Below, piece after piece: positions 19,448-29,776 of a DNA stretch of 64,000 nt. This stretch comes from Planctomycetota bacterium (GTDB lineage: Bacteria > Planctomycetota > UBA8108 > SXIK01): the NCBI GenBank assembly GCA_965223845.1, contig CBDCXR010000004.1, positions 3,328,001 through 3,392,000 of the forward strand, read 5' to 3'. The position numbers and the translations under genes are program-made. Each line of letters opens with the position of its first letter. The stretch's first letter is position 1. The notes beneath the pieces were generated by a model. The model did not search any database and was not told where the DNA came from. It saw nothing but the letters and a program-made list of their open reading frames with translations.

Positions 19448-21040
19448 ATGTTCTACGGGCTCACCGCAATCGATTGGCTCGTCGTCGCCGCTTACTTCGC
19501 CGTAGTCGCCGGCGTCGCCGCGTTCGTGAGTCGACGGTCGTCGAACACTCGCGACTACTTTCTCGGCTCGCGCGGGCTTCCCTGGTGGGCGTCGTCGCTC
19601 TCCATAATCGCGACCGAGACCAGCGCCGTGACGTTCATCGGCGTCCCCTACGAAGCCTACGGCGGCGATTGGTCGCTCCTCCAGCTCGTCATCGGATTCG
19701 TCTTCGGCCGGGTCTTTCTCGCGGCCTACTTCGTCCGCGCGTTCTATCAGCACGCCGACGAAACCGTGTACGCCTTCCTCGGCCGGCGATTCGGACGCGC
19801 CGCGCGTGCGACGGCCGGGGCGCTCTTCCTCGGCGGGCGAGTCATCGCAAGCGGCGTCCGTCTACTCGCCGGCTGTCTCGCCCTCGGTGTCGCCATCGCC
19901 GCCGCGTCCCCCGAAGCGGATCTCCGCGACGCGGTCGCAGCGGCGACGATCGCACTCGGAATTTTCGGAACCGCGTTCACGCTCGTCGGGGGCATCCGCG
20001 CGGTCGTCTGGACGGATGTCGTCCTCGGACTGACGTTCGTCGCCGCTGCCGCGGGCTCGGCGGTCTACATGCTCGCGGCCTTGTCGCCGGAGCCATCGCT
20101 CGCCGAGGCGCCTCCATTCACTCTCGACGAGTTCTTGAACCGGGCGTCGGTGATCCATCTCTCCATTGACCTGAGCGACGGTCGGTCCCTTCTCGCCGGC
20201 GTCCTCGGTGGGTTCTTCCTCACGCTCGCGACGCACGGGACGGATCAAGACATCGCGCAGCGGATGCTCACGGGCGCCGACGCGCGCGCCGGTCGCCTGT
20301 CCGTGCTCGGAAGCGCCGTTCTGATCGGCCCCCTGTTCACGCTTTTCCTCGTCGTCGGGACGCTGCTCTACTTCTACTACGGGCAGCATCCTCCCAGCTA
20401 TCCGATGCCCAGCGATCGGAACGCACTCTTTCCCGCGTTCATCATTCACGAGCTTCCCGCGGGATTCACGGGCTTCGTCGTCGCCGGCCTCCTCGCCGCA
20501 TCATTGAGCAGCCTCACGTCGGCATTGAACGCCCTCGCCGCGACGACGATCTGCGACCTCTACCGGCCGTGGCGCGAGCGATCCGGTGCTCGCCCGCTGT
20601 CCGATGCGCACTACGTGTGGGCCTCTCGCGCGGCGACGGTCGGGTGGGGAATCGCGCTCATTCTCACGGCGCTCGCACTCTACGGCAGTGATCAAAGCCT
20701 CGTCCCGTTCGCGCTCTCCGTCCTCACGTATTTTTACGGCGGCCTTCTCGGTGCGTTTCTGCTCGGGCTCTTCACCTCGCGCGGAGGAGCGGTCAGCGTC
20801 CCGGCGGGCATGGTGCTCAGCATTCCGGCCGTCGTCGCTCTTCAGACCCGCCAATTCATCGATCACCCTGAACGAGCTCCCGAGCTCATTCGCGGATCGA
20901 TCGAACGCCTCGCCGCAACCTACGGCGAGGCGATCCGGAGCGCCGTTCCGGATATCTCATGGCACTACTGGCTCATCGTCGCCGCGGCGATCACGTTCGC
21001 GGTGGGTCTGGTCGGAGCGCCGGCGCGCGAGTCGCGCTAA
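19448..21040 (+). CDS. Sodium:solute symporter family transporter
   Basis: DYFLGSRGLPWW..SLSIIATETSAVTFIGVP, GGIRAVVWTD, HGTDQD.AQR, many TM helices. Confidence 0.9.
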   Translation: MFYGLTAIDWLVVAAYFAVVAGVAAFVSRRSSNTRDYFLGSRGLPWWASSLSIIATETSAVTFIGVPYEAYGGDWSLLQLVIGFVFGRVFLAAYFVRAFYQHADETVYAFLGRRFGRAARATAGALFLGGRVIASGVRLLAGCLALGVAIAAASPEADLRDAVAAATIALGIFGTAFTLVGGIRAVVWTDVVLGLTFVAAAAGSAVYMLAALSPEPSLAEAPPFTLDEFLNRASVIHLSIDLSDGRSLLAGVLGGFFLTLATHGTDQDIAQRMLTGADARAGRLSVLGSAVLIGPLFTLFLVVGTLLYFYYGQHPPSYPMPSDRNALFPAFIIHELPAGFTGFVVAGLLAASLSSLTSALNALAATTICDLYRPWRERSGARPLSDAHYVWASRAATVGWGIALILTALALYGSDQSLVPFALSVLTYFYGGLLGAFLLGLFTSRGGAVSVPAGMVLSIPAVVALQTRQFIDHPERAPELIRGSIERLAATYGEAIRSAVPDISWHYWLIVAAAITFAVGLVGAPARESR

Positions 21041-21047
21041 GGACGAC

Positions 21048-21572
21048 TCATCTCTCGAGAGCGGGCTCCCCCTCGTACGGCGAAGAGAGTCGAGGAACCG
21101 CCCCTGCGCGCTCGAGGTTTCGCTGGAGCATGAACCAGTTGTAGAGCCGCTCGACATGATAACGCCGTTCGACTTCCTTCCCTTCAGCGTCGAAGAGGAT
21201 GTACGTCGGATAACGGTCGACGCGCAGCTTCGAGACCAGCCGCTCCTCTTGATCGACGAGTACGGGAACTCGAATGGGGTCGACGTAACGGCCGCGCACC
21301 CACTCGTCGATCTCTCTTCGATCCGGTCCGCTTGCGATCGCGACGAGATCGAGCGGGCTGTCGAGACCGTCGAGAGTGTTGAGCCCCGGAATCGCGCGTA
21401 GGCACTCCATTTCTTCGGTGCTGAGAAACGCGAGGACGGTGGGTTGCCCGTCGAGAAAATGCGGCCAGTACCACTGGCGTCCCTGCTGGGCGTCTCGAAG
21501 AATCAGCGGATGTCGGGCGCAGCCGACCATCCACAATGCTCCGATGGCCGCAGCGATCGTCCATGCTCGCAT
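21048..21572 (-). CDS. Thioredoxin-fold (TlpA-like) lipoprotein with only one active-site Cys
   Basis: Lipobox MVG-C; GQPTVLAFLSTEEMEC..IP, PVLVD, YPTYILFD.EG. Confidence 0.65.
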   Translation of the reverse strand: MRAWTIAAAIGALWMVGCARHPLILRDAQQGRQWYWPHFLDGQPTVLAFLSTEEMECLRAIPGLNTLDGLDSPLDLVAIASGPDRREIDEWVRGRYVDPIRVPVLVDQEERLVSKLRVDRYPTYILFDAEGKEVERRYHVERLYNWFMLQRNLERAGAVPRLSSPYEGEPALER

Positions 21573-21606
21573 GCTTCGCTCCTCTCTATCTCTTCCTTCG
21601 GCTTTC

Positions 21607-23091
21607 TCAGAAGCGTCGAACCTTCCCGAGCGGCACGGCGACGAACGCCAGTCCGAGCTCGCCGCTCGCCGCGTCGTAGAGGCGTATCCAGCCGTCGTAC
21701 CCGGCGACCGCGACCTGTGAGCCGTCGGACCGGAAGGCGACCGCGTAGACCCAATCTTCGTGCCCCTTGAGAACCGCAGCGCGCTTCCCGCTGTCGACTT
21801 CGTAAAGACGAACTTCGTCCGCTTCGCCGCCGAGCGCGAGCCTTTTCCCGTCGGGACTGAACGCGAGCGCGAGCACGGCGCCCGGCTGTCGCTCGAGCTT
21901 GCGAACTTCCTTCATGTCCTTCGCGTCGAAGAGAATCGCATCGTGCGACTCGGCGCCGACGAGGAACTGAGTCGACGCCGGACGCGCCACGAGCCGCATG
22001 ACGGGGCCGTCGATCGTCGCGACGTTCTTGAGGAACGATCCGTCCGCCGCCGTGCTCACCTTGACGGTTCGATCCCGACCGGCGGAGGCAATGCGTTCGC
22101 CGCCCGCGGCGAACGCGACACCGAACACCCAGTCGGAGTGAATCTCCGATGAGTAGATCGTTTCTCCGCTCTCCGCGTCCAGAACATGAAGCGCGCGATC
22201 CGTTCCGGCGACGGCGATCCGCTCGCCGTCACTCGAATACGCGACCGCGTAGAGACAATCCGCTCCGAGCCGAACGAAGCGCGCGAGCTCGCCCGTCTGC
22301 GCGCGCCAAATCTGAAGCTCACCGAATCGAGCCGGACTGCCACCGACCGCGGCGAGGCGACGGCCGTCGGGCGACCACGCGAACGAGTAGAGGCTCTCCG
22401 CCTCTCCGACCCAACGCTCGGACGGAAACGAGGGCGGTGTCGACGACGAAAGATCGTAGACGAGGATTTCGCGGTACGCGGCGACGTAGAGTCGCGGCGA
22501 ACTCGCGACCGGGGACTCCAGGCCGGGGGATGAGGCGCTCGCGGCAGCCGGCTCCGATTTGGGCCCGGACGAGAACGTGATCGCCGTGATCGCGGGTGCT
22601 CGCCGGTAGACGGGAGGATCGAGGGGACGCGAGTACGGCTCATCGCGCGGGACCGGGCGTCCCCGCGCGAGCCCATCTTCGATCCAGCGGCGGATCACCT
22701 CCACTTCGGCGGCGCTGAGCGGCCCCTGCTTCTCCGGCGGCATGACCGGCTTCTCGGCGCGCGATACGAGACGGAAGAGCCGACTCTCCTCCACGCTCCC
22801 GGCCGCGAGCGAGACCCCCTTCCGACCCCCGGCGAGAATCGCTTCGAAGCTCTCGACGCTGAACCGCCCCTTCGGGCGCTCGCCGCCGTGACAGCCGAGG
22901 CACTTCTCGCGGAAGATCGGCTCCACATCTCCGTAGTACGTCGTCCTCGACGCGGCGTCCGGACGATCTTCGGCCGTACTCGTCTCCGCGAGCGACGCGA
23001 CGAGCGCGACGAGTACGAGTGCGCCCGCCGGCGTCCGCTGCGCTCTCGCCCGGCTCGCCGGGGAGATCGTGCTCCGTCTTCTCGGTGCCAT
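21607..23091 (-). CDS. Planctomycete-type cytochrome c domain + WD40 repeat protein
   Basis: DVEPIF...CLGCH (CxxCH), MPP, IRRWI..G; multiple WD40 repeats (GHEDWVYAVAF..DG). Confidence 0.88.
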   Translation of the reverse strand: MAPRRRSTISPASRARAQRTPAGALVLVALVASLAETSTAEDRPDAASRTTYYGDVEPIFREKCLGCHGGERPKGRFSVESFEAILAGGRKGVSLAAGSVEESRLFRLVSRAEKPVMPPEKQGPLSAAEVEVIRRWIEDGLARGRPVPRDEPYSRPLDPPVYRRAPAITAITFSSGPKSEPAAASASSPGLESPVASSPRLYVAAYREILVYDLSSSTPPSFPSERWVGEAESLYSFAWSPDGRRLAAVGGSPARFGELQIWRAQTGELARFVRLGADCLYAVAYSSDGERIAVAGTDRALHVLDAESGETIYSSEIHSDWVFGVAFAAGGERIASAGRDRTVKVSTAADGSFLKNVATIDGPVMRLVARPASTQFLVGAESHDAILFDAKDMKEVRKLERQPGAVLALAFSPDGKRLALGGEADEVRLYEVDSGKRAAVLKGHEDWVYAVAFRSDGSQVAVAGYDGWIRLYDAASGELGLAFVAVPLGKVRRF

Positions 23092-23333
23092 GCCGATCGA
23101 CCTGTGCCCTCCGTCTTCTCGAGTGCCGGATTATCGCACAGCGGGATGGTCCCCGCCAACGGGCCCGCCCACGGAACGGATCACACACCGAACAGTCCCC
23201 GATCGACCGCTCGTCGTCGCTCAGCCGGCGGGAACGGAATTGCCGCTGAACGTCGCGATCGCGCAGGAGAATCTCGCCGCTTCGACCGAAAAGATGGACA
23301 GAGACTCATCGACTCCAGCCTCGCAAGCCAGCT

Positions 23334-24017
23334 ATGGACTCCGCCCTCCTCGCTCTCGACTTCGACACCATCCTCTTCGCCGTCACCGCGGTGATCGCGG
23401 GCGTCGTCGCGTGGGGACTGAGCGGACGGAAGCAGCGACGCCCCGACGCGAATGAAGAGCGCACATCGACGCCTGAACCGGTCGGTCGCTGGCGCGTGTT
23501 TCGACTCGACCCCGGCGTCTTTCACGACGGAAGCACGAAGGAGCGAGCGGTCGCGAAGGAGGAGCCGCGCGGCGGTGTCATCGCGGTTCGAACCCGCTAT
23601 CAAGGTGCGTGGGAGCTCCGCGCTTCCGACTTCGCGGGTCACGAACCGACTCCTCGGGTCGAGATCGCCGAGCGGGGCGTTTTCTCACCGCGCATCGAAG
23701 CGCAGGTGAACGGAAAGACCTGGCTCCGGCTTCCCGCACCACGAGCGGACGACGCGAAGATCGAGCTGAGCCGCCGGGGCAGCAGTCGCGAGCTCAAGAT
23801 TACGGGCGATCCGCGCGGTGACGAGTACGAGATCCGACGCGGCGAGCACCTCGTCGCGATCGTCGCGCGATCACGCGCGGAGAGCTCGCACCACGGGTCG
23901 GTCGAGATCCTGAAGACCGAGGATCCGCTGCCGATCCTCTGGTTCGTCCTCACTCTCGAAGCCGCGCTCCCACCTCGCGCCGCGAAACGAAAGCGCCGCC
24001 GGGCGCGGGCGAGCTAG
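23334..24017 (+). CDS. Membrane-anchored hypothetical protein (tubby/LURP-like C-terminus)
   Basis: N-terminal TM helix; ITGD....EYEIRRG..LVA.V pattern. Confidence 0.5.
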   Translation: MDSALLALDFDTILFAVTAVIAGVVAWGLSGRKQRRPDANEERTSTPEPVGRWRVFRLDPGVFHDGSTKERAVAKEEPRGGVIAVRTRYQGAWELRASDFAGHEPTPRVEIAERGVFSPRIEAQVNGKTWLRLPAPRADDAKIELSRRGSSRELKITGDPRGDEYEIRRGEHLVAIVARSRAESSHHGSVEILKTEDPLPILWFVLTLEAALPPRAAKRKRRRARAS

Positions 24018-24078
24018 GCGTCCGCGTGCACGCGACTCCCTCCGGCGAGTCTTCGGCTCTCTCGAAGCGCTTCGCCCC

Positions 24079-24888
24079 TCACCCGAGCTCGCGCGATCGC
24101 TCCGTCGCCGCGACGACCGCGCTTTGAAGTGCCGCGCGAAGGCCGTGGTCCTCGAGAGCCTTTAGCCCCGCGATCGTCGTTCCGCCTGGAGTCGTCACGC
24201 GATCGCGGAGAACCGCCGGGTGCTCGCCGCTCTTCTTCACTACCTCGGCGGCGCCGAGCACCGTCTGGACGGCGAGCTCGCGCGCGACATCGCGCGGGAG
24301 GCCGACGAGCACTCCGCCGTCGGCGAGCGCTTCGATCACGGTGTAAACGTAGGCCGGTCCACTGCCGCTCAGTCCCGTCACCGCGTCGAGCTGGTGCTCA
24401 CTGACGCGGGCGACGGCGCCGACGGCGCCGAAGATCGACTCCGCGAGGTCGAGCTCCGCGGGACCGGCGGGAGCCACCGCCGCGATCGCCGTCGCGCCCG
24501 CTCCGACCGTCGCCGGGAGGTTCGGCATCGCGCGCACGACCGCCAGCTTCCGGCCGAACGCTTCCTGAATCGTCTCGCCGCGAACGCCCGCGACAACCGA
24601 CAGGACCAGCTGATCATCCCGCGCACGATCACGGACTCCGGCGACGACATCGCGAAGGAGAAACGGCTTCACCGCGAGAAGGACGACGTCCGCGCGCTCT
24701 ACGACCGTCGCGCTGTCAGCGTCCACCGCAACGCCGCACTCGCGCGCGAGCGCCGCGCGCACCTCAGCACTCGGATCGCCGACGATCAATCGATCGGGTG
24801 AAACTACTCCCGAGCGGACGACGCCGCGGACGAGCGCCCCGCCCATGTTTCCCGCTCCGATGATTCCCAGGGTCTTCTGCTCGAACAT
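24079..24888 (-). CDS. proC: Pyrroline-5-carboxylate reductase
   Basis: IGAGNMG, LAVKP, RAMPN, DAVTGLSGSGPAYVY, V.TPGGTTIAGL; start at MFEQKTLG. Confidence 0.96.
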   Translation of the reverse strand: MFEQKTLGIIGAGNMGGALVRGVVRSGVVSPDRLIVGDPSAEVRAALARECGVAVDADSATVVERADVVLLAVKPFLLRDVVAGVRDRARDDQLVLSVVAGVRGETIQEAFGRKLAVVRAMPNLPATVGAGATAIAAVAPAGPAELDLAESIFGAVGAVARVSEHQLDAVTGLSGSGPAYVYTVIEALADGGVLVGLPRDVARELAVQTVLGAAEVVKKSGEHPAVLRDRVTTPGGTTIAGLKALEDHGLRAALQSAVVAATERSRELG

Positions 24889-25303
24889 CGCGTCCTTCCG
24901 GTCCGTGGCCTGCCGCCGCTCGCGCGCGGGATGCGCCGTCAGTGTACCGAATCCGAAGACCGTATCGCGCTCAAGCTGGGATCGGTCGCGCGAGATCTCG
25001 CGTTCGCAACTGGACATCGGGCTCCGTCGGGGCGAGCGACGGCCGTCCTCCCTACTATCGGCGTCTCCTCGTCGTGCCGGCAGGCCGGGTCGAGACCGGC
25101 GAGTTCCGGAAAAGACATCCCCGTTTCCGCATGCATCGGTCCGCGCCGGCCGGACGCTTTAGCGACGATCCTTCGAGTCGAGCGCTCGCGATCGCTTGAT
25201 CCCTCCCGCACGGCGTGGCATCGTGCGCTCTCGACCTCGCCCGATCGCGGGCGCGAACCGCCCTCCTTCCCCGGGGTGAATCCTGCGTCGAAGACGAACC
25301 ACC

Positions 25304-25906
25304 ATGCAAGACCTCGAAACCCGCATCGCCAACTTTCAAAAGATGGCGGAAGCCGACCCGGAGAATGAGCTCGCGCACTTCAGTCTAGGGAAGCTGTTCG
25401 GCGAGGCGGGCCGGCACGCCGAGGCCGTCGAGTCTCTCCGTCGCGCGCTGGCGCTCAAGGACGACCACTCGCTCGCGCACCAGCACCTCGGCACGTCGCT
25501 CCTCGCGCTCGGCGAGAAGGCGGAGGCGATCGAAGCGTGGACGCGGGGCGTCGGCGTCGCCCATGCCCGCGGGGAGCGGATGCCGCGCGACAAGATGATC
25601 GAGCTCCTCGAAGCTGAGGGCGCGCCCGTGCCGGAGCTCGACGATACCGCCCCCGCCGAGCCGGAGGTGGCCGAGGGGAGCTTCCGCTGCGAGCGCTGCC
25701 AGCAGGTCGGCGTCGCCCTCGATGAGCCACCGTTCTCGACCGAGCTCGGCCGCAAAATCCACGCGACGATCTGCACCCGCTGCTGGCGCGAGTGGATGGG
25801 GATGAGCGTCAAAGTGATCAACGAGCTTCGCCTCAATCTGATGGCGCCAAAGGACAGCGAAGTCTACGACGGTCACATGAAGGAGTTCCTCGGACTCGGC
25901 GATTGA
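25304..25906 (+). CDS. TPR + YggX-like Fe(II)-trafficking domain fusion
   Basis: N-terminal TPR helices (DPENELAHFSLG); C-terminal PPF..ELG.KI...IC..CW.EW....VKVINELRLNL......Y..HMKEFL. Confidence 0.8.
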   Translation: MQDLETRIANFQKMAEADPENELAHFSLGKLFGEAGRHAEAVESLRRALALKDDHSLAHQHLGTSLLALGEKAEAIEAWTRGVGVAHARGERMPRDKMIELLEAEGAPVPELDDTAPAEPEVAEGSFRCERCQQVGVALDEPPFSTELGRKIHATICTRCWREWMGMSVKVINELRLNLMAPKDSEVYDGHMKEFLGLGD

Positions 25907-25969
25907 CCTAGGGCCGGAATCTCCGAGCTCGAGGTTGGCGATGGGTCGGCAACGCGCTCGACGCTCAAT

Positions 25970-26257
25970 TCAGGATGACCGCCGACGGCGTAGCTCGTAG
26001 TGCCCGTAGACGCGCTCTCCTTCCGGTGTCGTCTGCGCGACGACGACGATCGCTTGCTCGGCCGGATCGTAGCCCGCCATCGCTTTTCGCAGATTCGGGT
26101 CGGCGTAGCGCTCGGACATCTTCGCGGCGGAAAGGTAGACGAACTCACCGTCCCAGTCGGAGATAAACACGGCGCCTTTCCCGTCGCGGCGGAATCCCTG
26201 CTCCGCGAGCCGAAAGATTCGCTCCCAGTGGGCGTCGATTTCGTCGCGGTCAGACAT
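25970..26257 (-). CDS. Small hypothetical protein
   Basis: Globular composition and host codon usage; fills the gap downstream of the glycosyltransferase. Confidence 0.6.
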   Translation of the reverse strand: MSDRDEIDAHWERIFRLAEQGFRRDGKGAVFISDWDGEFVYLSAAKMSERYADPNLRKAMAGYDPAEQAIVVVAQTTPEGERVYGHYELRRRRSS

Positions 26258-26302
26258 CGGCGGGGAGGTCTCGGGTCTAGCTCGATGGATCGCCGGACGT
26301 CA

Positions 26303-27580
26303 TCAGAACGCGGAGGCGTTCACGGCTGCTTCGCGTCGGCTCGGCTCGAGCGGAAGGCCGAGGATTCGCCAGAGCATCGTCGTCGCGGCGGCGATTCCGC
26401 GCTCGGCCAAAACGCGTCGGTGTCCGCTCTCCTCGAGCGACTGACGGAAGCGGTCGATCGTGAGCACGCGGGAAATCTGCACGGCGAGAGGATCGGCGAA
26501 GTCCGCGATCACCGCGTCCTGAAACGGCCGGAGACGGAGCCCGTACGCGCCGACCGAGGTCGTCGCGAGCGCGCGGCGCGCGACGAGGGCCTCGACGGCC
26601 CGCTGCCGGACACCACTCCCAAAGCGGAGCGGGAGCACGACGACGCTCGCCTCGGCGTACTCTCGATCGAGTGTATCCACCCAGCCGACCCGATCGACTG
26701 CGTCGCCCGGTGCGACCAACCTCGACGCGGAGCCGACGATGCGGAGGCGACAGCTCGGGACGGTCTTGACGACGCGCGGGAACACCTCCGTACGGAACCA
26801 GCGGAGCCCGTCGAGCCCGGCCGTCGACTCCGTCGTGACGCAGAGGATCCGCGGCGGGCGGATCGGCGGCGCCGGAGGGGCGAGATCGTTCCACGAGAGA
26901 ACGGGGAACGGAGAGTAGAGCGCGTCTCCGCGAAATCCGATGCTGCGCAGCTCCGCGACGTCGGTCGTCGATTGAACGAGGAGAAAGTCGGCGAGCTCGA
27001 GAAGCCGGAGCTCACTCTCGGCGGTCCACCGGGTCACGAACGCGTCGGCACGACCGTGCGACTCATGACTCGCGAACGAAACGCTGCTGACGTGCGGCAG
27101 GTCGAGCAGACGCAGGGTCGGGCGGGGAAAGCAAGTGAGTGCGCGTGCGAGGTACGCACCCCCGACGACGATCACGACCGCGTAGTTGCTCGGCGCGTAG
27201 TTCCGGTGGAGAATGCGCTCGAGCGTCGCCGGGAAGTGGAGCGAACCGCCTGGGGTCGTCGGCGCACGGGAGGCGTCGCTGAGGAGCGAGGCCATCCGCG
27301 CCCGCAGACGTCCCCGTCGCGACGCGTCCTGCGCCCCCGGGACTACGCGATAATCACGACACCAGCGACCAAGGATCCCCAGCCGATCGCGCTCCGCGCC
27401 GTCGAGTGGCTTCTCTTCGACGAGCACCGCGTCGACGTGGGAGCCCCGGTCAGCGAGCTCACGCGCCAGGTCGATCACGCGATCGAGGCGAAATCGTTCG
27501 GCGGGGGAACCGTGAGTACCGGCGATGAGGAGGACGCGGATGCCGCTCGGAGCGATCGCGCCATGATCGTTCATAATCAT
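26303..27580 (-). CDS. Glycosyltransferase (GT-B, family 4-like)
   Basis: DGLRWF..EVFP, LRIVG, GWVD.L...Y..A.VVVLPLRFGSG....VEAL, TT.VGA.G; start uncertain. Confidence 0.8.
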   Translation of the reverse strand: MIMNDHGAIAPSGIRVLLIAGTHGSPAERFRLDRVIDLARELADRGSHVDAVLVEEKPLDGAERDRLGILGRWCRDYRVVPGAQDASRRGRLRARMASLLSDASRAPTTPGGSLHFPATLERILHRNYAPSNYAVVIVVGGAYLARALTCFPRPTLRLLDLPHVSSVSFASHESHGRADAFVTRWTAESELRLLELADFLLVQSTTDVAELRSIGFRGDALYSPFPVLSWNDLAPPAPPIRPPRILCVTTESTAGLDGLRWFRTEVFPRVVKTVPSCRLRIVGSASRLVAPGDAVDRVGWVDTLDREYAEASVVVLPLRFGSGVRQRAVEALVARRALATTSVGAYGLRLRPFQDAVIADFADPLAVQISRVLTIDRFRQSLEESGHRRVLAERGIAAATTMLWRILGLPLEPSRREAAVNASAF

Positions 27581-27936
27581 CGTTTTCGACCGCCGGCCGA
27601 GGATCCTTCGCTCGTTCCGAGAACGTCTCGATGTCACCGGCACTCGGTTCGAGCTCCGAAATCCTTCCCCGGCGCGATCGGTCCCGCGCCGGTCGGATTC
27701 TGGGACGTTCAAGGTTTCTCGACACGCATGGAACGACCCAGAGGCTGCCGGGTCGCCTTCCAGACTTGGGAGCGCGCGACACCTCGCGAATGGCATCGTC
27801 CGGCCCCGACGATGGTTTCTCCGCAACGTTTTCCCGCACCGCGTCCTTCACCGGACTCGGTCGCGTCGATCCTCGCCCCCACGCACCCGCTGCACTCTGG
27901 CCGGATGCGAACTACGGAGAGGCCGCGACCCACGCC

Positions 27937-28893
27937 ATGAGCTTCGACCTGATCACGATCGGCAATGTCTGCGTCGATCTCTTCGTGCCCGAGCACGAGC
28001 GTCCCCCTTCGGGTGGCATCGCCCTCATTCCGTCACTCTCTCTCGCGCCGGGAGGAAACGGGGCGAATACCGCGGTCACGGCCGCGCGCTTCGGCGCACG
28101 CTCCGCGCTCGCTGGTCGCATCGGTGATGACGTGTTCGGCGACTACCTCGCTCGATTCCTCGCGGGCGAAGGTGTCGACACGGCGCTCCTCGAGGTGCAC
28201 CCCGAGCTGAGCACTCCCACCACGCTCGTCTTCAACGACGACACCGGCGAGCGGAGCTTCGTCCACTCGCCAGGGACGAACGCGACCTTTGCGCTATCTC
28301 CCGCGGTGACGACAGCAGACTGCCCCACGCTTCACTTCGCCGCGCCCGAGCTCCTCGGGAGTTGGTGGCCCGACGGCGCCGTCGACACGGCGCGGCGCGC
28401 GAAGGAGCGCGGAACGACCCGCGTGAGTCTCGATCTCTTCGTCTCACCGGACATGAGCCCAGCGGAGCTCGCCGAGAGCCATCGTGAGATCCTCGCTCTC
28501 ACGGACGTGGCTCTTCCGAACGAGCCCGAAGCGCTCGCGGTCACGGGCACTCGCGACGTCGACTCGGCCATAGACGCGCTTCACGGGGCCGGCGTCCCGC
28601 TCGTCGTCGTCAAACGTGGTGCGGCCGGGGCCGTGGTCTCAGAATCCGGTCGGCGGACCCTAGTCCGAACGGCGAGCGTGCGCGCCCTCGACACGTGTGG
28701 TGCGGGCGACAGCTTTGCCGGCGCCTTTCTCGTCGGCCTCTCGCGCGGTCTCGAGCCGGCTCGCGCAGCGGAGTTCGGCTGCGCGGTCGGCACCGCGTGC
28801 GTCGAGGAGATCGGCTCGCTGACCGCGACCGCGCGCGACGACGTTCTCGCCGCGTTCCACGAGCGGTTTCCGTTCCTGACCGCCGGCCGGTGA
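27937..28893 (+). CDS. PfkB family carbohydrate kinase
   Basis: PGGNGANTA...ARFG, GRIGDDVFG, PNE.EA, VVKRG..G, DTCGAGDSFAGAF. Confidence 0.92.
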   Translation: MSFDLITIGNVCVDLFVPEHERPPSGGIALIPSLSLAPGGNGANTAVTAARFGARSALAGRIGDDVFGDYLARFLAGEGVDTALLEVHPELSTPTTLVFNDDTGERSFVHSPGTNATFALSPAVTTADCPTLHFAAPELLGSWWPDGAVDTARRAKERGTTRVSLDLFVSPDMSPAELAESHREILALTDVALPNEPEALAVTGTRDVDSAIDALHGAGVPLVVVKRGAAGAVVSESGRRTLVRTASVRALDTCGAGDSFAGAFLVGLSRGLEPARAAEFGCAVGTACVEEIGSLTATARDDVLAAFHERFPFLTAGR

Positions 28894-28948
28894 CCGGCTC
28901 TTCGATTCCTGACCCTTTCTTCCCCTTTTGATCCCAGGAGAGTCTTCG

Positions 28949-29686
28949 ATGGAGAAGCGAACCTGTCTTGTCGTCGCCGGGCTCGCCGCCGGAGCGGTCG
29001 TCTTCGGCTCTCTCGCGCGGACTCCTCTCGCGCGCCTCGGCGTGATCGAGAGACACTTCGACGCGGTTCTCGCCGACGAACGAGCTGATCGAGCTCGCAG
29101 CACGATCCCTCTCCACCCCCGGACGGACGGAACCGGCGCGCTCGGTGCGGGGCGCGTCGGTCTCTTCGACGCGCTTCAGGCCTTTGCGGATACGACGCAA
29201 AAATCCGTCTACGTCGACCGGAGGATCTCCCCCACGACGACCGTGAGCGTCCGACAGAGAATTCGAAGGCTCGACCTCACCGAGCTTCGCGTCCTCCTTC
29301 GCGACGTGGACCTCGAGATCTCCTCGGAGCTCGTCGACGGCAAGACCGCGTACCGAGTCGAGCCGCCGCTCCGTCCGACTCGGCGGAGAGGTTCGCTGTC
29401 GCCCGCCCGAGGTGGCGGCGGCGCGAGCGAAACGAAGGACTCGCGCGGGACTCCCGGCCCGTCCGCTAGCGACGGAATCGAGCTGAGCGAACGAGACTCC
29501 GCGAGCAGCCCGAAGATCTCCCTCTACGAGCGGCGCGACGGGAACGGCGCCGCCTATGTCGTTCAACTGGTGACGGACGATGCCCGCGAAGCGCAAGAAG
29601 CGCTCAGCCTCCTCCGCGCGCTGCGACGCGGCGAAGGGAGAGAATCCAAATCCGGGTCAGCGTCCACCGTGCGCCCTACGCGCTGA
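28949..29686 (+). CDS. Hypothetical exported/membrane-anchored protein
   Basis: AGGAGA RBS, hydrophobic N-terminus, fills intergenic space. Confidence 0.45.
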   Translation: MEKRTCLVVAGLAAGAVVFGSLARTPLARLGVIERHFDAVLADERADRARSTIPLHPRTDGTGALGAGRVGLFDALQAFADTTQKSVYVDRRISPTTTVSVRQRIRRLDLTELRVLLRDVDLEISSELVDGKTAYRVEPPLRPTRRRGSLSPARGGGGASETKDSRGTPGPSASDGIELSERDSASSPKISLYERRDGNGAAYVVQLVTDDAREAQEALSLLRALRRGEGRESKSGSASTVRPTR

Positions 29687-29776
29687 CTCCCCGAAACGGA
29701 TAGCGCCACGAATCGTCTGTCTTCGCACGAGATCGCGCCTCTCGTGGAATCCTTTTCGAAGGGACGCAAACGCGCT

